The notes below the pieces were generated by a model. The model saw only the letters and a list, made by a program, of their open reading frames with translations. It made no database searches and was not told the origin of the DNA. From NCBI GenBank assembly GCA_963777605.1, contig CAVZRV010000010.1, positions 1 to 64,000 on the forward strand: a DNA stretch of 64,000 nucleotides, read 5' to 3'. The position numbers and the translations under genes were made by a program. Of this stretch, positions 10,615 to 20,739 are shown in pieces. Numbering within the stretch: the first letter of the stretch is position 1; the number at the start of each line of letters is the position of its first letter. The stretch is from an uncultured Acidobacteriota bacterium. Its GTDB lineage: Bacteria > Acidobacteriota > UBA6911 > RPQK01 > JAPXNP01.

Positions 10615-10908
10615 AGAACCCGGAACCGGTGTGCGAAGGACGTTGAATGGACCTTCGGATGAAGTCTCCCGGGGGAGTCCTGCCTCAAGGCTCTCCAGAA
10701 CATTTCCAGCTGAGTATCTCCCGCCGTCGCCCGTCTGACGGCATTTGTTCGTCCGGTCCTCCTGATGCGTTCCCGTGGAAGCGGTGAGGGAGCCTTGACT
10801 TTCTTTTTGTGGCGCTGGACAGTCGGAGGTGTAAGTATCGAAAAGCCTTTGATGGCGACTGGTTTTCGACGTGCCTACGGTTCAAGATCCAGAGGAGTGA
10901 GACCACGA

Positions 10909-11487
10909 ATGAAAGCAGCCAGGTTGCATCTGTTGGGCCTGCTGGTCGTGTTTGTTTGGACCCCCGGCCAAGGCGTACCCGGGAGTGCCCTGCCAGCTTC
11001 TGGCCTGCACACAATCGAAACGCGGAGTCCGAGTGGGCTGCGCGAACTGTTTCGATATAGCGGCGACCCGCTTCCTTTTGTCGACGCGCATCGGGCTGAG
11101 GCTCTGGACGAAGGACTTCCCGAGAACTGCACAGCACATTCGAAGACGCTCGCGAAGATGCGGCCTTGGAGATCGAATCCGCGACATCGCATGACGGCTC
11201 AAGTGATGCATCCCGATCGCGATGCCTTTAACGAGATAACGACGGGAAAAGGGCGGGTCTACCTGGAGCAACATTTTCGCTTTTGTGGGACATTCGCCGC
11301 CCGAAGACAGGGGATTGCTGGAGATGATCCATGGGAACGGAGCTTCCATGCATGGTTGGGACATCGAGGAATTGGGCGTGCGAGCAAGTCAGCGCCAATC
11401 GGGGCGATAGAGAAAGACGATCGAGGGCCGTTACCGGGCTTTGCTGAACTTCGGTGCAGATCTTATCGAAACAGATATTCCCACTGA
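10909..11487 (+). pseudogene. Degraded secreted glycerophosphodiester phosphodiesterase
   Basis: Signal-like N-terminus and LRELFRYSGDPLPFVDAHR..PENC..TTGKGRV retain the GDPD HRG/PEN/TTG motifs, with scrambled sequence between them. Confidence 0.55.
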
Positions 11488-11703
11488 GGTGGGAAGGCTC
11501 CTGTTTGGCAAGTCGGCGCTCCCGGCATCCAAATCGGAGTTCTTCCCTGGTCCGCAGAGCAGCGCGATCTGACTGCCGATCATCCGCAAGTAAGCCTGAC
11601 AGCCGGGTTGGGATTCAGGCTCCGATTGAGTCTTTCTCAGGTATGGTTTACTCCTCTGAGGCGTTCAAATAGACTGGTTTGCGAATTCTTGCGGGGGAGA
11701 ACC

Positions 11704-12582
11704 ATGACTATTAGATCGCTGTTTGGCTGGTTGGTGACCGGTGCGTTCCTGGCGTCCGCGGCGCAGGGGCAGAAGCTCAGTGCGAACATTCCCTACGCCG
11801 AACCCGCTCACGAGCGACAGGTACTGGACGTTTACGCACCGGACGGGGCTGAGAACCTTCCCGTGATTTTCTGGATTCACGGTGGGGGCTGGCAGACGGG
11901 GGACAAGACCGATGTGCAGATCAAGCCCCGGGTGTTCGGAGAGCGGGGATTCGTTTTTGTTTCCACGAACTATCGCCTCTGGCCCGACGTGGAAATGGGG
12001 GAGCTGATTCGCGATGTGGCCAAGTCTCTGGGGTGGGTGCACCGCAACATCGGCCGCTACGGGGGCGACCCGGATCGGATCTTCGTCATGGGGCATTCCG
12101 CCGGAGGGCAACTGGCGGCGCTGCTCTGTACTGACGAGCGCCTGCTCGCGGCCGAAGGCGTCCCCTTCGATGTCTTGAAGGGCTGCGTTCCGCTGGACGG
12201 AGACACTTACGACATTCCAGCCATCATCATGACCGCGGAGATGCGGCAGATGGTGCATGGGCTGCCGCAGCCGGAGTACGGCCACCGGGTGAAATTCGGC
12301 AACGATCCGAAGAAGCACGTGGACTATTCCGCCGTCACCCACGTGGCGAAGGGGAAGGGAATTCCACCCTTTCTGATTCTCCACATCACCGCAAACCCCG
12401 ACACCACGGCGCAGGCCCACCGGTTGGCCAACGTGTTGAGGGCGGCCGCCATTCCGGCCACGGTGTTCGGCGCCCGCGAGAGGACGCACGAAGAGCTCAA
12501 TGCCAACATCGGCCGGCCCGACGACCCGTCCACCGAACAGCTGTTCAAGTTCCTGGATCCCCTGGTTGGAGTTGCACGTTGA
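11704..12582 (+). CDS. Secreted alpha/beta hydrolase (HSL/BD-FAE-like esterase)
   Basis: Signal peptide, LDVYAP, IHGGGW, NYRL, GHSAGG nucleophile elbow. Confidence 0.9.
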   Translation: MTIRSLFGWLVTGAFLASAAQGQKLSANIPYAEPAHERQVLDVYAPDGAENLPVIFWIHGGGWQTGDKTDVQIKPRVFGERGFVFVSTNYRLWPDVEMGELIRDVAKSLGWVHRNIGRYGGDPDRIFVMGHSAGGQLAALLCTDERLLAAEGVPFDVLKGCVPLDGDTYDIPAIIMTAEMRQMVHGLPQPEYGHRVKFGNDPKKHVDYSAVTHVAKGKGIPPFLILHITANPDTTAQAHRLANVLRAAAIPATVFGARERTHEELNANIGRPDDPSTEQLFKFLDPLVGVAR

Positions 12583-12681
12583 GGCGAACCGGGCGAGCTG
12601 TGGATGTCATTCGATGATTGAAATCTGCCAGGATTCGCATTGAACCGCGCAAAGGTTCTGTGGTTTTGAAATCCAGAGAAT

Positions 12682-12709
12682 CTTGGCGGCCTTCGCGACT
12701 TCGCGTTTC
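12682..12709 (+). repeat. Dispersed REP-like element (family B)
   Basis: CTTGGCGGCCTTCGCGACTTCGCGTTTC is nearly the reverse complement of 18023-18050. Confidence 0.55.
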
Positions 12710-12787
12710 GGGGGAGTGACTGGGCGGGAAGGGTACAGGCACGGCGGTGCTTTCTGAGGTTGGGGAATCTGGTAAAGCGAGGACAAA

Positions 12788-14206
12788 ATGAGTTGCAGGT
12801 TGAGCATAGTCGGTTGCAGCCTGGGATTGGCTGTTGGTCTTTGGGGAACTTTCGGGGCGGGGATGGCCCAGCCGGAGGAGACGACGGTCGTGCGACCGGT
12901 CGAGATCGACGACGTACTGGTCAATCCCGGGATGGGAATCACCACGTTCCAACGTTTCAACAACCAGGCCATCAATCCGGGTCTGAGGTGGTCGGAAGTG
13001 GGGCCGGAGGGGCCGATCGAAGATGCCTCCACTCACCCGGACTTTCCCGATACCTCGATTGCTTACCTGCGCTGGTTCTGGTGGCAGATTGAACCCGAAC
13101 AGGGGAAGTATCGCTGGGACATCATCGACTCGGCCCTCGAAGAGGCCCGGAAGCACGGGCAGCAGTTGACCGTCCGGATCATGCCGTACGATCAGAGCAA
13201 CCCGCTTCCTGAGTGGTATCGGAATTCAGGTGCCCGACGGGCCAACAAGGACTCCGACCAGGACGGCAAGGTCTGGTCTCCCGATGCCGACGATCCCCTT
13301 TATCTCGAGCGCTGGGGCGGCCTGGTTCGCGAGTTCGCCTCTCGCTACGACGGGCACCCCTACCTGGATACCGTTGACATCTCCACAGTCGGCTACTGGG
13401 GCGAAGGCTGGGGCCCGCACCTGCCTGGCTGGTCAACCCAGGCAGCCTTGGTCGACCTCTACATCGAGTCGTTCCAGCGGACCGAGTTGCTCATGAATTT
13501 CGACGAACTGCATGCCCTCGCCTATGGAACGGAACACGGGGCGGGATGGCGGCTTGACTGCTGGGGAGACACGGGTCGGCCCGGACGGAACTTCGCGCAC
13601 ATGTTCGATGCCTACCCGCAGGGAGTCGTGAAGGCGGGTGTGCAGGAAGTTTGGAGGCACAGTCCGGTTTCCCTGGAGACCTGCGGGACCCCGGGATCGT
13701 GGGTAAGGTGGGGAGGAGACCTCGATTACATCCTCGACCAGGCGCTGCGCTGGCACGCCAGTACGATCAACGTCAAGTCTTCCGCGATTCCGGAACAGTG
13801 GAAGCCGGCCTTCGATGAGTTCCAGAAAAAGATCGGTTACCGGTTCATCCTGCGGAAGCTCACCTATCCGACCACGGTCAAGCCTGGAGAGATGGCACCG
13901 GTCACGATGTGGTGGTACAACGCCGGCGTTTCCCCTGTTTACTACGACCACATTCTGGCAATCGAACTGAAGGGAGCAGAGGGAGAAACCGTGATCGACC
14001 TGCCGGAAGACGTCAAGACCTGGCTGCCGGGAGACGCCGTTTTCGAGAGTACGGTGTTTATCCCCTACTCGCTGGACCCGGGCGAGTACCAGGTGCGGAT
14101 TGCCCTGCTCGATCCGCGAACCCGCAAGCCGGCGATCAAGCTGGCCATCGAAGGCCTGAATCCAGACGGCTGGTACGACCTCGGCAAGGTCACCGTTTCC
14201 AACTGA
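12788..14206 (+). CDS. Secreted DUF4832-domain, beta-galactosidase-like glycoside hydrolase
   Basis: Signal peptide, LVNPGMG, YLRWFWWQIEPEQGKYRW, GYWGEG, KKIGYRFIL, WLPG. Confidence 0.75.
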   Translation: MSCRLSIVGCSLGLAVGLWGTFGAGMAQPEETTVVRPVEIDDVLVNPGMGITTFQRFNNQAINPGLRWSEVGPEGPIEDASTHPDFPDTSIAYLRWFWWQIEPEQGKYRWDIIDSALEEARKHGQQLTVRIMPYDQSNPLPEWYRNSGARRANKDSDQDGKVWSPDADDPLYLERWGGLVREFASRYDGHPYLDTVDISTVGYWGEGWGPHLPGWSTQAALVDLYIESFQRTELLMNFDELHALAYGTEHGAGWRLDCWGDTGRPGRNFAHMFDAYPQGVVKAGVQEVWRHSPVSLETCGTPGSWVRWGGDLDYILDQALRWHASTINVKSSAIPEQWKPAFDEFQKKIGYRFILRKLTYPTTVKPGEMAPVTMWWYNAGVSPVYYDHILAIELKGAEGETVIDLPEDVKTWLPGDAVFESTVFIPYSLDPGEYQVRIALLDPRTRKPAIKLAIEGLNPDGWYDLGKVTVSN

Positions 14207-14383
14207 GTGGGCTGGGCGTCGTGTGGTGCTCCGAGGGAGAGTGCCGGTTGAGGGAGAATTGAAAGGCCGAATGCAGGGCTGGTCGCCAGGGTCCTCGGCC
14301 GGTAGCCTGAAGGAGATTCCAGCGTGGCCTGGGTTACGCCGGAAGTCCACGAGACGGGCAACCTGGAAGGCTGGTGGACCGTA

Positions 14384-14478
14384 CAGGCAGGATGCCTGCA
14401 CGACTCTGCAGGCAAGATGCCTGGATTACTCTGCAGGCAAGATGCCTGGATTACTCTGTGGGCTGGATGCCTGTCGTG
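14384..14478 (+). repeat. Tandem 25-bp palindromic REP-like units (family A), about 3.5 copies
   Basis: CAGGCAGGATGCCTGCACGACTCTG, CAGGCAAGATGCCTGGATTACTCTG x2 and a degenerate fourth unit; each has a CAGGCA/TGCCTG stem; no spacers. Confidence 0.8.
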
Positions 14479-14551
14479 TTCGACTGGCGGGGTGCCGGAC
14501 AATCTTTGGGTTGATTGAAAGCAGACTAATCCGCTAGGATTAGGGGAATAT

Positions 14552-16231
14552 ATGGCTGATCCAATTAAGAAGTCGAAGATAGAATTGATCAAGGAGAGCA
14601 GTCGGGGATTGCGGGGTTCCATCCGGGAAGAACTGGAGCAGGACACGAACCGCTTCACCAAGGACAGCACCCAACTGCTGAAGTTCCACGGGATTTACCA
14701 GCAGGAGGACCGTGACCTTCGCAAGGAGAGGCGAGCCGCCGGCGAAGAGAAAGCGTACCAGTTCATGGTCCGGATCCGGAATCCCGGCGGCGGCCGGTTG
14801 ACGGCTCGACAGTGGATTGCGCTCGACGAGATCTCCGATCAATTCGGCGACGGCACGATGCGGATCACGAGCCGGCAGGGGATCCAGTTCCATGGAGTCG
14901 GCAAAATCAATCTCCGCCAGACGATTCAGCAGCTGGACGCGCACTCGGTTTCAACTTTTGGGGCTTGCGGAGACGGGAACCGGAACACGATGGCCTGCCC
15001 GGTTTCGGGCCTGCGCAGCGGATCGGAATTCAACGGCGGCGAATGGGCCGCCCGGATCGCCGAACGGCTCTCATTTCGCACGTCGGCCTACTACGAGATC
15101 TGGGTGGATGGAGAAAAGGCGACCGAAACGGAAGACGATCCGCTCTACCGCGATGCTTACCTGCCACGCAAATTCAAGATCGCTGTGGCCGATCCGGAAG
15201 ACAACTGTGTGGACCTGTTCACCAACGATGTTGGGATCCTTCCCGAGCTTTCAGGTCAAAACCTGGCGGGCTTCCACGTTTTCGTCGGAGGCGGCTTGGG
15301 CAGTACCCATCTCAAGTCGGAGACATTTCCGGTCCTGGCACAGCCCCTCTCGTTCGTAGAACCGGCCGGATTGCTCGACCTGGTCGAAGCGATCATGTGC
15401 ACGCAGCGAGACCTCGGCGACCGGGCGGATCGCCGGCAGGCACGGATGAAGTACCTCGTCTTGAAGCTCGGGCTGGAAGGATTTAGGGAAGAGGTTGAGT
15501 CCCGGTTCGGCCAGCGCCTCGCGCCGGCACGCAGCTACCACCTGGGAGATGCCGATCGCCATTTTGGATGGCACCGGCAGCGGGATTCAGGGATGCAGTA
15601 CCTGGGGATTTTCGTTGAAAACGGTCGGATTGCCGATCGGGACGGCATCCGGATGAAATCGGGTCTCAGGGCGCTGGCAGAGGAGTTTTCTCCCACCATA
15701 TTCCTGACACCCAATCAAGACCTGATCCTGGCCGACATTCCCGAACGGCACATCGACTCGGTCCGGACGATGGTCGACGAAATGGGAATGGGAAAGCCCT
15801 CCACCTCGACGCTTCGGACACTGAGCATGGCCTGCCCGGCACTGCCAACCTGTGGTCTGGCCATCACTGAAGCCGAGCGCCGGTTGCCCGACGTGATTTC
15901 GCGGCTGGAGGCCTCCGGCCTCGGAGACGAGCGGGTGACGATACGGATGTCGGGCTGCCCCAACTCCTGCTCCCGGCCACCCGTGGCGGAAATCGGACTG
16001 ATCGGAAAATCGGTCAACGGTTACAACTTGCACGTGGGCGGCAGTCCGACCGGCTCTCGATTGGCTTTCCTCCTGCGGGAGGACGTGCCGGCCGAGGAGG
16101 TCTCGACAGAGATCGAGAAGCTGATTCAGCTATCCCGCACTCAGGGCAACGAGGGAGAGGGATTTGGCGACTTCTGCGATCGGATCGGGGACGAAAAGCT
16201 GCGGGCCCTGTTGGGGGAGGAAAACCGGTGA
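14552..16231 (+). CDS. cysI: Assimilatory sulfite reductase hemoprotein (siroheme/4Fe-4S)
   Basis: LLKFHGIYQQEDRD, ACGDGNRN, YLPRKFKIA, MACPALPTCGLA, RMSGCPNSCSRP. Confidence 0.9.
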   Translation: MADPIKKSKIELIKESSRGLRGSIREELEQDTNRFTKDSTQLLKFHGIYQQEDRDLRKERRAAGEEKAYQFMVRIRNPGGGRLTARQWIALDEISDQFGDGTMRITSRQGIQFHGVGKINLRQTIQQLDAHSVSTFGACGDGNRNTMACPVSGLRSGSEFNGGEWAARIAERLSFRTSAYYEIWVDGEKATETEDDPLYRDAYLPRKFKIAVADPEDNCVDLFTNDVGILPELSGQNLAGFHVFVGGGLGSTHLKSETFPVLAQPLSFVEPAGLLDLVEAIMCTQRDLGDRADRRQARMKYLVLKLGLEGFREEVESRFGQRLAPARSYHLGDADRHFGWHRQRDSGMQYLGIFVENGRIADRDGIRMKSGLRALAEEFSPTIFLTPNQDLILADIPERHIDSVRTMVDEMGMGKPSTSTLRTLSMACPALPTCGLAITEAERRLPDVISRLEASGLGDERVTIRMSGCPNSCSRPPVAEIGLIGKSVNGYNLHVGGSPTGSRLAFLLREDVPAEEVSTEIEKLIQLSRTQGNEGEGFGDFCDRIGDEKLRALLGEENR

Positions 16232-16804
16232 CGCCGCATTATCCAGCGTTTCTGGACCTCAGGGACCGGCTTTGCCTGGTCGTAGGAGATTCCAATCTGG
16301 CTTTCGAGAAGGCCGAGGGGCTTCGGCGTTCCGGCGCTCGAGTGCTCCAAAGACCTGCGTTTGATCCGAAGGATGCCGGCGGCGCCTTTCTCATCGTCGC
16401 CGACGTTGACGAGGACGTCTGGACGGGAGATCCATGAGTTCGGAGACCGCGAGCAGATCTTTGTGAATGTCGTCGATAAGCCCCGGTTCTGCTCGTTTAT
16501 CCTTCCTGCGATCCTGCGACGTGGAGAACTCTCGGTCGCCGTCTCAACGGGTGGCGCCAGCCCTTCACTGGCGGGGTGGATTCGCCAAAATCTCGAGGGG
16601 AGTTTCGGCGACGAGTATGGGGTGCTCTTGTCAGAACTGAGGCGAACACGTGACGTGATCAAGGGCAGAATTCCCAGCTACCGGGGGCGGAAGGAGTTTT
16701 ACTACGGCTTGTTCGAGAATGGAATCCTGGCCACGGCCCGTGAATCAGGTGCGATCGGAGTGCGCGAAGCCCTCAGCCGAAGATTGGGAGAGGTCGTGAA
16801 ATGA
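16228..16804 (+). CDS. Precorrin-2 dehydrogenase/sirohydrochlorin ferrochelatase (CysG N-terminal-like), frameshift near 16420
   Basis: YPAFLDLRDRLCLVVG (16228..), then FVNVVDKPRFCSFILPAILRRGELSVAVSTGGASPSLA (16361..16804). Confidence 0.85.
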
Positions 16805-17625
16805 AGGTCTTGGCGGGTCGCAAGGGGCGGGTGACTCTGGTGGGTGCAGGGCCGGGAGATCCGGATCTCATCACGGTAAAAGGGTTGCGCGCCCTGCAGC
16901 AGGCAGACGTGGTCATTTACGACCGCCTGGTCAACCCGGCGCTGCTGGAGTCGGCTCCTGAAACGGCCGAACGTATTTACGCCGGTAAGCGGGGTGGGCA
17001 TTACACCTTTCCCCAATCGAAGATCAACAAGTTGATGGCCGAGCGTGCCCGCCGCGGGGCCCATGTCGTCCGCCTGAAGGGTGGAGACCCGTTTCTGTAC
17101 GGGCGGGGAGGGGAAGAGGTGCTTTATCTTCGGGGCCAGGGAGTGTCCTGCGATATCGTTCCCGGCGTGAGCGCTGCCCTGGCTGCCCCGGCATCGGCCG
17201 GCATCCCCGTGACTCACCGGGGAGTGTCCTCGACAATCGCGATCCTCTCCGGCCACCAGGCTGCGGATGCTCCCAACCCGGTGAACTGGCACGGAATCGC
17301 CCGGGCAGCTGAAACCGTGGTCGTCATGATGCCCCTGGTCAACCTGCGTCACGTCGTCGGACATCTGGTTTCAGAGGGGTGTCCCTTGAATACTCCGGCG
17401 GCAGTAATCCAGTCGGGAACCTGTCCCGAACAGCGGTCGGTGGTCTCGACACTCAAGGAACTGGTCGCAGACGTTGAACGGGCCGGCCTGTCCTCTCCGG
17501 CCACGCTGGTGGTGGGTCAAGTCGTGACGTTGGCGTCCGGAATGCAAGCCGAGGCGACGCATCAAAAGAAAGCCGTAACGGTCACGGGAAGCCCGGCTCA
17601 AGTCGCCGCGACCCTGAAAGGCTGA
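16801..17625 (+). CDS. cobA: Uroporphyrinogen-III C-methyltransferase
   Basis: VTLVGAGPGDPDLITVKG, VVRLKGGDPFLYGRGGEE, GIPVTHRG. Confidence 0.95.
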   Translation: MKVLAGRKGRVTLVGAGPGDPDLITVKGLRALQQADVVIYDRLVNPALLESAPETAERIYAGKRGGHYTFPQSKINKLMAERARRGAHVVRLKGGDPFLYGRGGEEVLYLRGQGVSCDIVPGVSAALAAPASAGIPVTHRGVSSTIAILSGHQAADAPNPVNWHGIARAAETVVVMMPLVNLRHVVGHLVSEGCPLNTPAAVIQSGTCPEQRSVVSTLKELVADVERAGLSSPATLVVGQVVTLASGMQAEATHQKKAVTVTGSPAQVAATLKG

Positions 17626-17713
17626 TCGTTCGTTGCATCACTGGTCGACCTTGCTTGCCGGCCAACCTGAAACTTCAATTAGGATGAGTTCCTGGTTTCT
17701 CGTTCCTGGAGGG

Positions 17714-17740
17714 AGAGTAATCCAGGCAGGCCGTGCCTGG
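17714..17740 (-). repeat. Inverted copy of REP family A
   Basis: AGAGTAATCCAGGCA is the reverse complement of TGCCTGGATTACTCT in the 14384 array; CCAGGCA/TGCCTGG stem. Confidence 0.6.
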
Positions 17741-18000
17741 TATGTCGGCCGGGCAGCTTGCCCGGCGGAAGTGAACCTTCTCAATCCAGGATTCTTGATT
17801 TCCGGTTTGTTCTGAAACAGTCCGCCACCGGGACTGAATCGCACTTTCAGTGCTGCATTGCCGTCCCGGCTCCCATTCCCGGGGCGTTGCCGCCGGGCTG
17901 AAAATGACCCTGCGCCGTTGTTTGTGCTCATCTGGCGATGCTTCACCAGTTTCACTCTCTGAATGGTCCGGCGCCGCCGGGGGCCCGGCTGACCTGAAAG

Positions 18001-18104
18001 TTCAATTTGGAGACGCCAAATTGAAACGCAAAGGCGCGAAGGTCGCCAAGGTTATTATTGTTGAAAAAGAAAGAGTTCTTTGCGTCTTGGCGTCTTTGCG
18101 GTTT
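18001..18104. repeat. Inverted repeat plus paired REP-like elements (family B)
   Basis: TTCAATTTGG-agacg-CCAAATTGAA; GAAACGCAAAGGCGCGAAGGTCGCCAAG (18023-18050) faces CTTTGCGTCTTGGCGTCTTTGCGGTTT (18078-18104). Confidence 0.55.
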
Positions 18105-18239
18105 AACCCAACCGTGGGCAGTTTCACTCGCTGAATGATCCGCCTCCGCCGTGGGCGGGGCTATCCAGAAGCCACCGTGGGACCGCTTCACTATAATGTT
18201 CATCGTGAGGGTCCTGAACTACCGGTTCCTGGATAGACA

Positions 18240-20069
18240 ATGCCTGCGGTAATCACGAGCGAACTCATCATCACTATTGTCATTCTCGTGGTCACCCTCG
18301 GGCTGTTCATCGCCGACCGCCTGCGCCCCGACCTGATCGCGCTGCTCAGCCTGGTCTCACTTGGTGTCACCGGAGTCCTCACACCCCAGGAAGCTTTCTC
18401 CGGCTTCAGCCGTTCGGCGGTAATTACCATCCTGGCGATTTTCATCGTCGCTGAAGGGCTGCAAAGAACGGGGGTGACCGAGCAGGTCGGTGACCTGCTC
18501 CGGAAGGTGGCGGGCTCCCGCGAGGAGGTGCTGGTCGTCGTCGTCATGCTGACAGGATCGTTCCTGTCTCTCTTCATGAACAACATTGCTGCGGCTGCGG
18601 TCCTGCTCCCGGCCATGTCCGGCGCCGCCCACCGGGCCGGGGTCAGCACCGCGCGACTGCTCATGCCGCTCGCCTTTGCAACCATACTCGGCGGGATGGC
18701 GACCCTTCTGACGACGACCAACATCATCGTCAGCGGACTTCTCCGGGATCAGAATCTCCCTGGTTTTGGCCTGTTCGACTTTGCTCCCGTCGGTCTTCCC
18801 ATCGTGGCGGCGGGTATATTATTCATGGCGTTGGCCGGCCGGAAGCTCCTTCCCGCCCATGCACCGGCCGACCCGCACGTGACCAAACGCCCCGAGCCGG
18901 AGAAGGACCTGACGGAAGTCTACCGGCTTGGGGAACGGCTCTTTCGGGCCCGCATTCCGGCTGGGTCCAGGCTGATCGATCGCAACCTGGGGCAGAGTGG
19001 GATCCGGGAGTCCTTCGGGCTCACAGTGCTGGGGATTGAGCGGGACGGAAGCACGTTGTTCCAGCCATCGACCGAGGCCACGTTCGAGCAGGGGGACATC
19101 GTTCTCTTCCAGGGGAACCTCGAGGAGTTCCGCCGGATAGACGAGGAACCTTACCTGGAAATCCTGCCGGCTCGCGGCTGGCGCGAGCAGGACCTGGAAT
19201 CGCCCAGCATAGTGGTCACGGAAGTCGTCCTCTCGCCACGGTCCCGCTTGATCAACCAGACCCTGAGAGAGGCCCACATCCGGGAGAAATTCGGGATGAC
19301 CGTTCTCGCGATCTGGCGCGAAGGGAGACGGATCAGGACTGGGTTGGCCGACCTCCGGTTGCAGTTTGGCGATGCCCTGTTGCTCCAGGGTTCCCGGCGC
19401 AGCTTGAGCGTGCTTCGGGACGAGCCGGACCTGATTGTTCTCGACCAGGAACTGGAGAAGACTCCGGCACCCCCGGTGGGGAAGGGGCGGGTGGCCCTGG
19501 GGATTTGTCTCGTCACGCTCGTACTCGCCGCCATCAACTCCGAGATTGTCGGCGAATTAATGCTGGGAGCGGCCCTGGCAATGGTCCTTGTCGGCGTTTT
19601 GACGATGGACCAGGCCTACCGGGCAGTGGAGTGGAAGACCGTTTTTGTGGTTGCCGGGATGCTTCCGTTGGGCATAGCTATCACCAAGGCCGGAGCTGCG
19701 TCTCTCCTCGCCAACGGCATTGTTTCAATGCTGGGGGCGGCCGGTCCATTGGTGCTCCTGGCCGGCTTGTTCCTGCTGGCCATGCTCCTGACCCAAGCGA
19801 TGAACGGAGCAGCAGTTGCCGCCGTAATTGTGCCCATCGCCATTCAGACCGGACGACAGCTTGGGGTTGATCCCAGGGCGCTTGCCATGGGAGTAGCGCT
19901 GGCTACCTCGACCGCCTTTTTGACACCACTGGGACACCCGGTCAACCTGCTCATGATGAGCGCGGGAGGATACCGCTTCGGAGACTATTTCCGGGTTGGG
20001 CTTCCGCTTACCATCATCGTGTTCCTCCTCGTCATGATCCTCCTTCCGATCTTCTGGCCCCTAACCTGA
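18240..20069 (+). CDS. SLC13/CitT-family permease with two TrkA-C (RCK_C) domains
   Basis: N- and C-terminal TM blocks, SLFMNNIAAAAVLLP, GGMATLLTTTNII, two central RCK_C repeats, FLTPLGHPVNL. Confidence 0.9.
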   Translation: MPAVITSELIITIVILVVTLGLFIADRLRPDLIALLSLVSLGVTGVLTPQEAFSGFSRSAVITILAIFIVAEGLQRTGVTEQVGDLLRKVAGSREEVLVVVVMLTGSFLSLFMNNIAAAAVLLPAMSGAAHRAGVSTARLLMPLAFATILGGMATLLTTTNIIVSGLLRDQNLPGFGLFDFAPVGLPIVAAGILFMALAGRKLLPAHAPADPHVTKRPEPEKDLTEVYRLGERLFRARIPAGSRLIDRNLGQSGIRESFGLTVLGIERDGSTLFQPSTEATFEQGDIVLFQGNLEEFRRIDEEPYLEILPARGWREQDLESPSIVVTEVVLSPRSRLINQTLREAHIREKFGMTVLAIWREGRRIRTGLADLRLQFGDALLLQGSRRSLSVLRDEPDLIVLDQELEKTPAPPVGKGRVALGICLVTLVLAAINSEIVGELMLGAALAMVLVGVLTMDQAYRAVEWKTVFVVAGMLPLGIAITKAGAASLLANGIVSMLGAAGPLVLLAGLFLLAMLLTQAMNGAAVAAVIVPIAIQTGRQLGVDPRALAMGVALATSTAFLTPLGHPVNLLMMSAGGYRFGDYFRVGLPLTIIVFLLVMILLPIFWPLT

Positions 20070-20074
20070 GCCCT

Positions 20075-20117
20075 TGTGACTGGAATCACTCAGAGTCGCT
20101 TCGGTCTTTGGTTCAAT
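20075..20117 (+). promoter_or_regulatory. CRP/FNR-type box with extended -10 (class II arrangement) for the pilin operon
   Basis: TGTGA-ctggaa-TCACT (20075-20090) and TG-g-TTCAAT (20109-20117); the box centre falls at -41.5 from the implied start ~20124. Confidence 0.5.
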
Positions 20118-20163
20118 TGACTCGACTGAGTTTAGAGCATCCATCGTTTAGTGAGGTGACGGC

Positions 20164-20739
20164 ATGACTGGGCGATTGAAAAGTTCAGGCTTCTCCCTCG
20201 TGGAGGCACTGATCATCCTGTGCGTTGCGGCGATCTTGGCCTCTGTCGCGACCCCTTCCGTCCAGGACGCCATCCGTCACTACAGAGCCGATACCGGACA
20301 ACAGACCGTGCTGATGCAACTGCGGTTGGCACGCTCGCTGGCAGTTGACCAGAGAAGGGTCCACCGGGTGACGTTCGGCAACCAGGGAGAAATAACCCTG
20401 AGCCGGATTGACACCGATGGGACGACGGAGCTCAGTTCAATCGGACTTCCCAACGAAGTGACGTTCCATCTGGAACCGGGAGTGCCCGTGGAAGGAGAGT
20501 CCGGCCCGGAGGGAATCGGCACTGACGCGGCGATCAACCTCAACGAATCGAATTCAGTCTGGTTCAGACCGGACGGCTCCGCGATTGATGCCGCCGGGGA
20601 TCCCTGTAACGGAGTGATCCATCTGGCGGTTACCGGGTTGCCGTCGAGCGCGCGCTCAATCACGCTCTTCGGTTCCACCGGACGGATTCGAGGTTGGCGA
20701 TTCGAAGCGGGCTCGGAAGGGGGAGGACAATGGAAGTAG
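20164..20739 (+). CDS. FimT/GspH-like minor pilin
   Basis: Prepilin site SSG|FSLVEALIIL; LRLARSLAVDQRR..VTF; FRPDG. Confidence 0.85.
   Translation: MTGRLKSSGFSLVEALIILCVAAILASVATPSVQDAIRHYRADTGQQTVLMQLRLARSLAVDQRRVHRVTFGNQGEITLSRIDTDGTTELSSIGLPNEVTFHLEPGVPVEGESGPEGIGTDAAINLNESNSVWFRPDGSAIDAAGDPCNGVIHLAVTGLPSSARSITLFGSTGRIRGWRFEAGSEGGGQWK

Noticed and set aside
14384-14478. CRISPR array
   Set aside because: The 25-bp units are directly adjacent with no unique spacers and no cas genes; they are REP-like tandem repeats.
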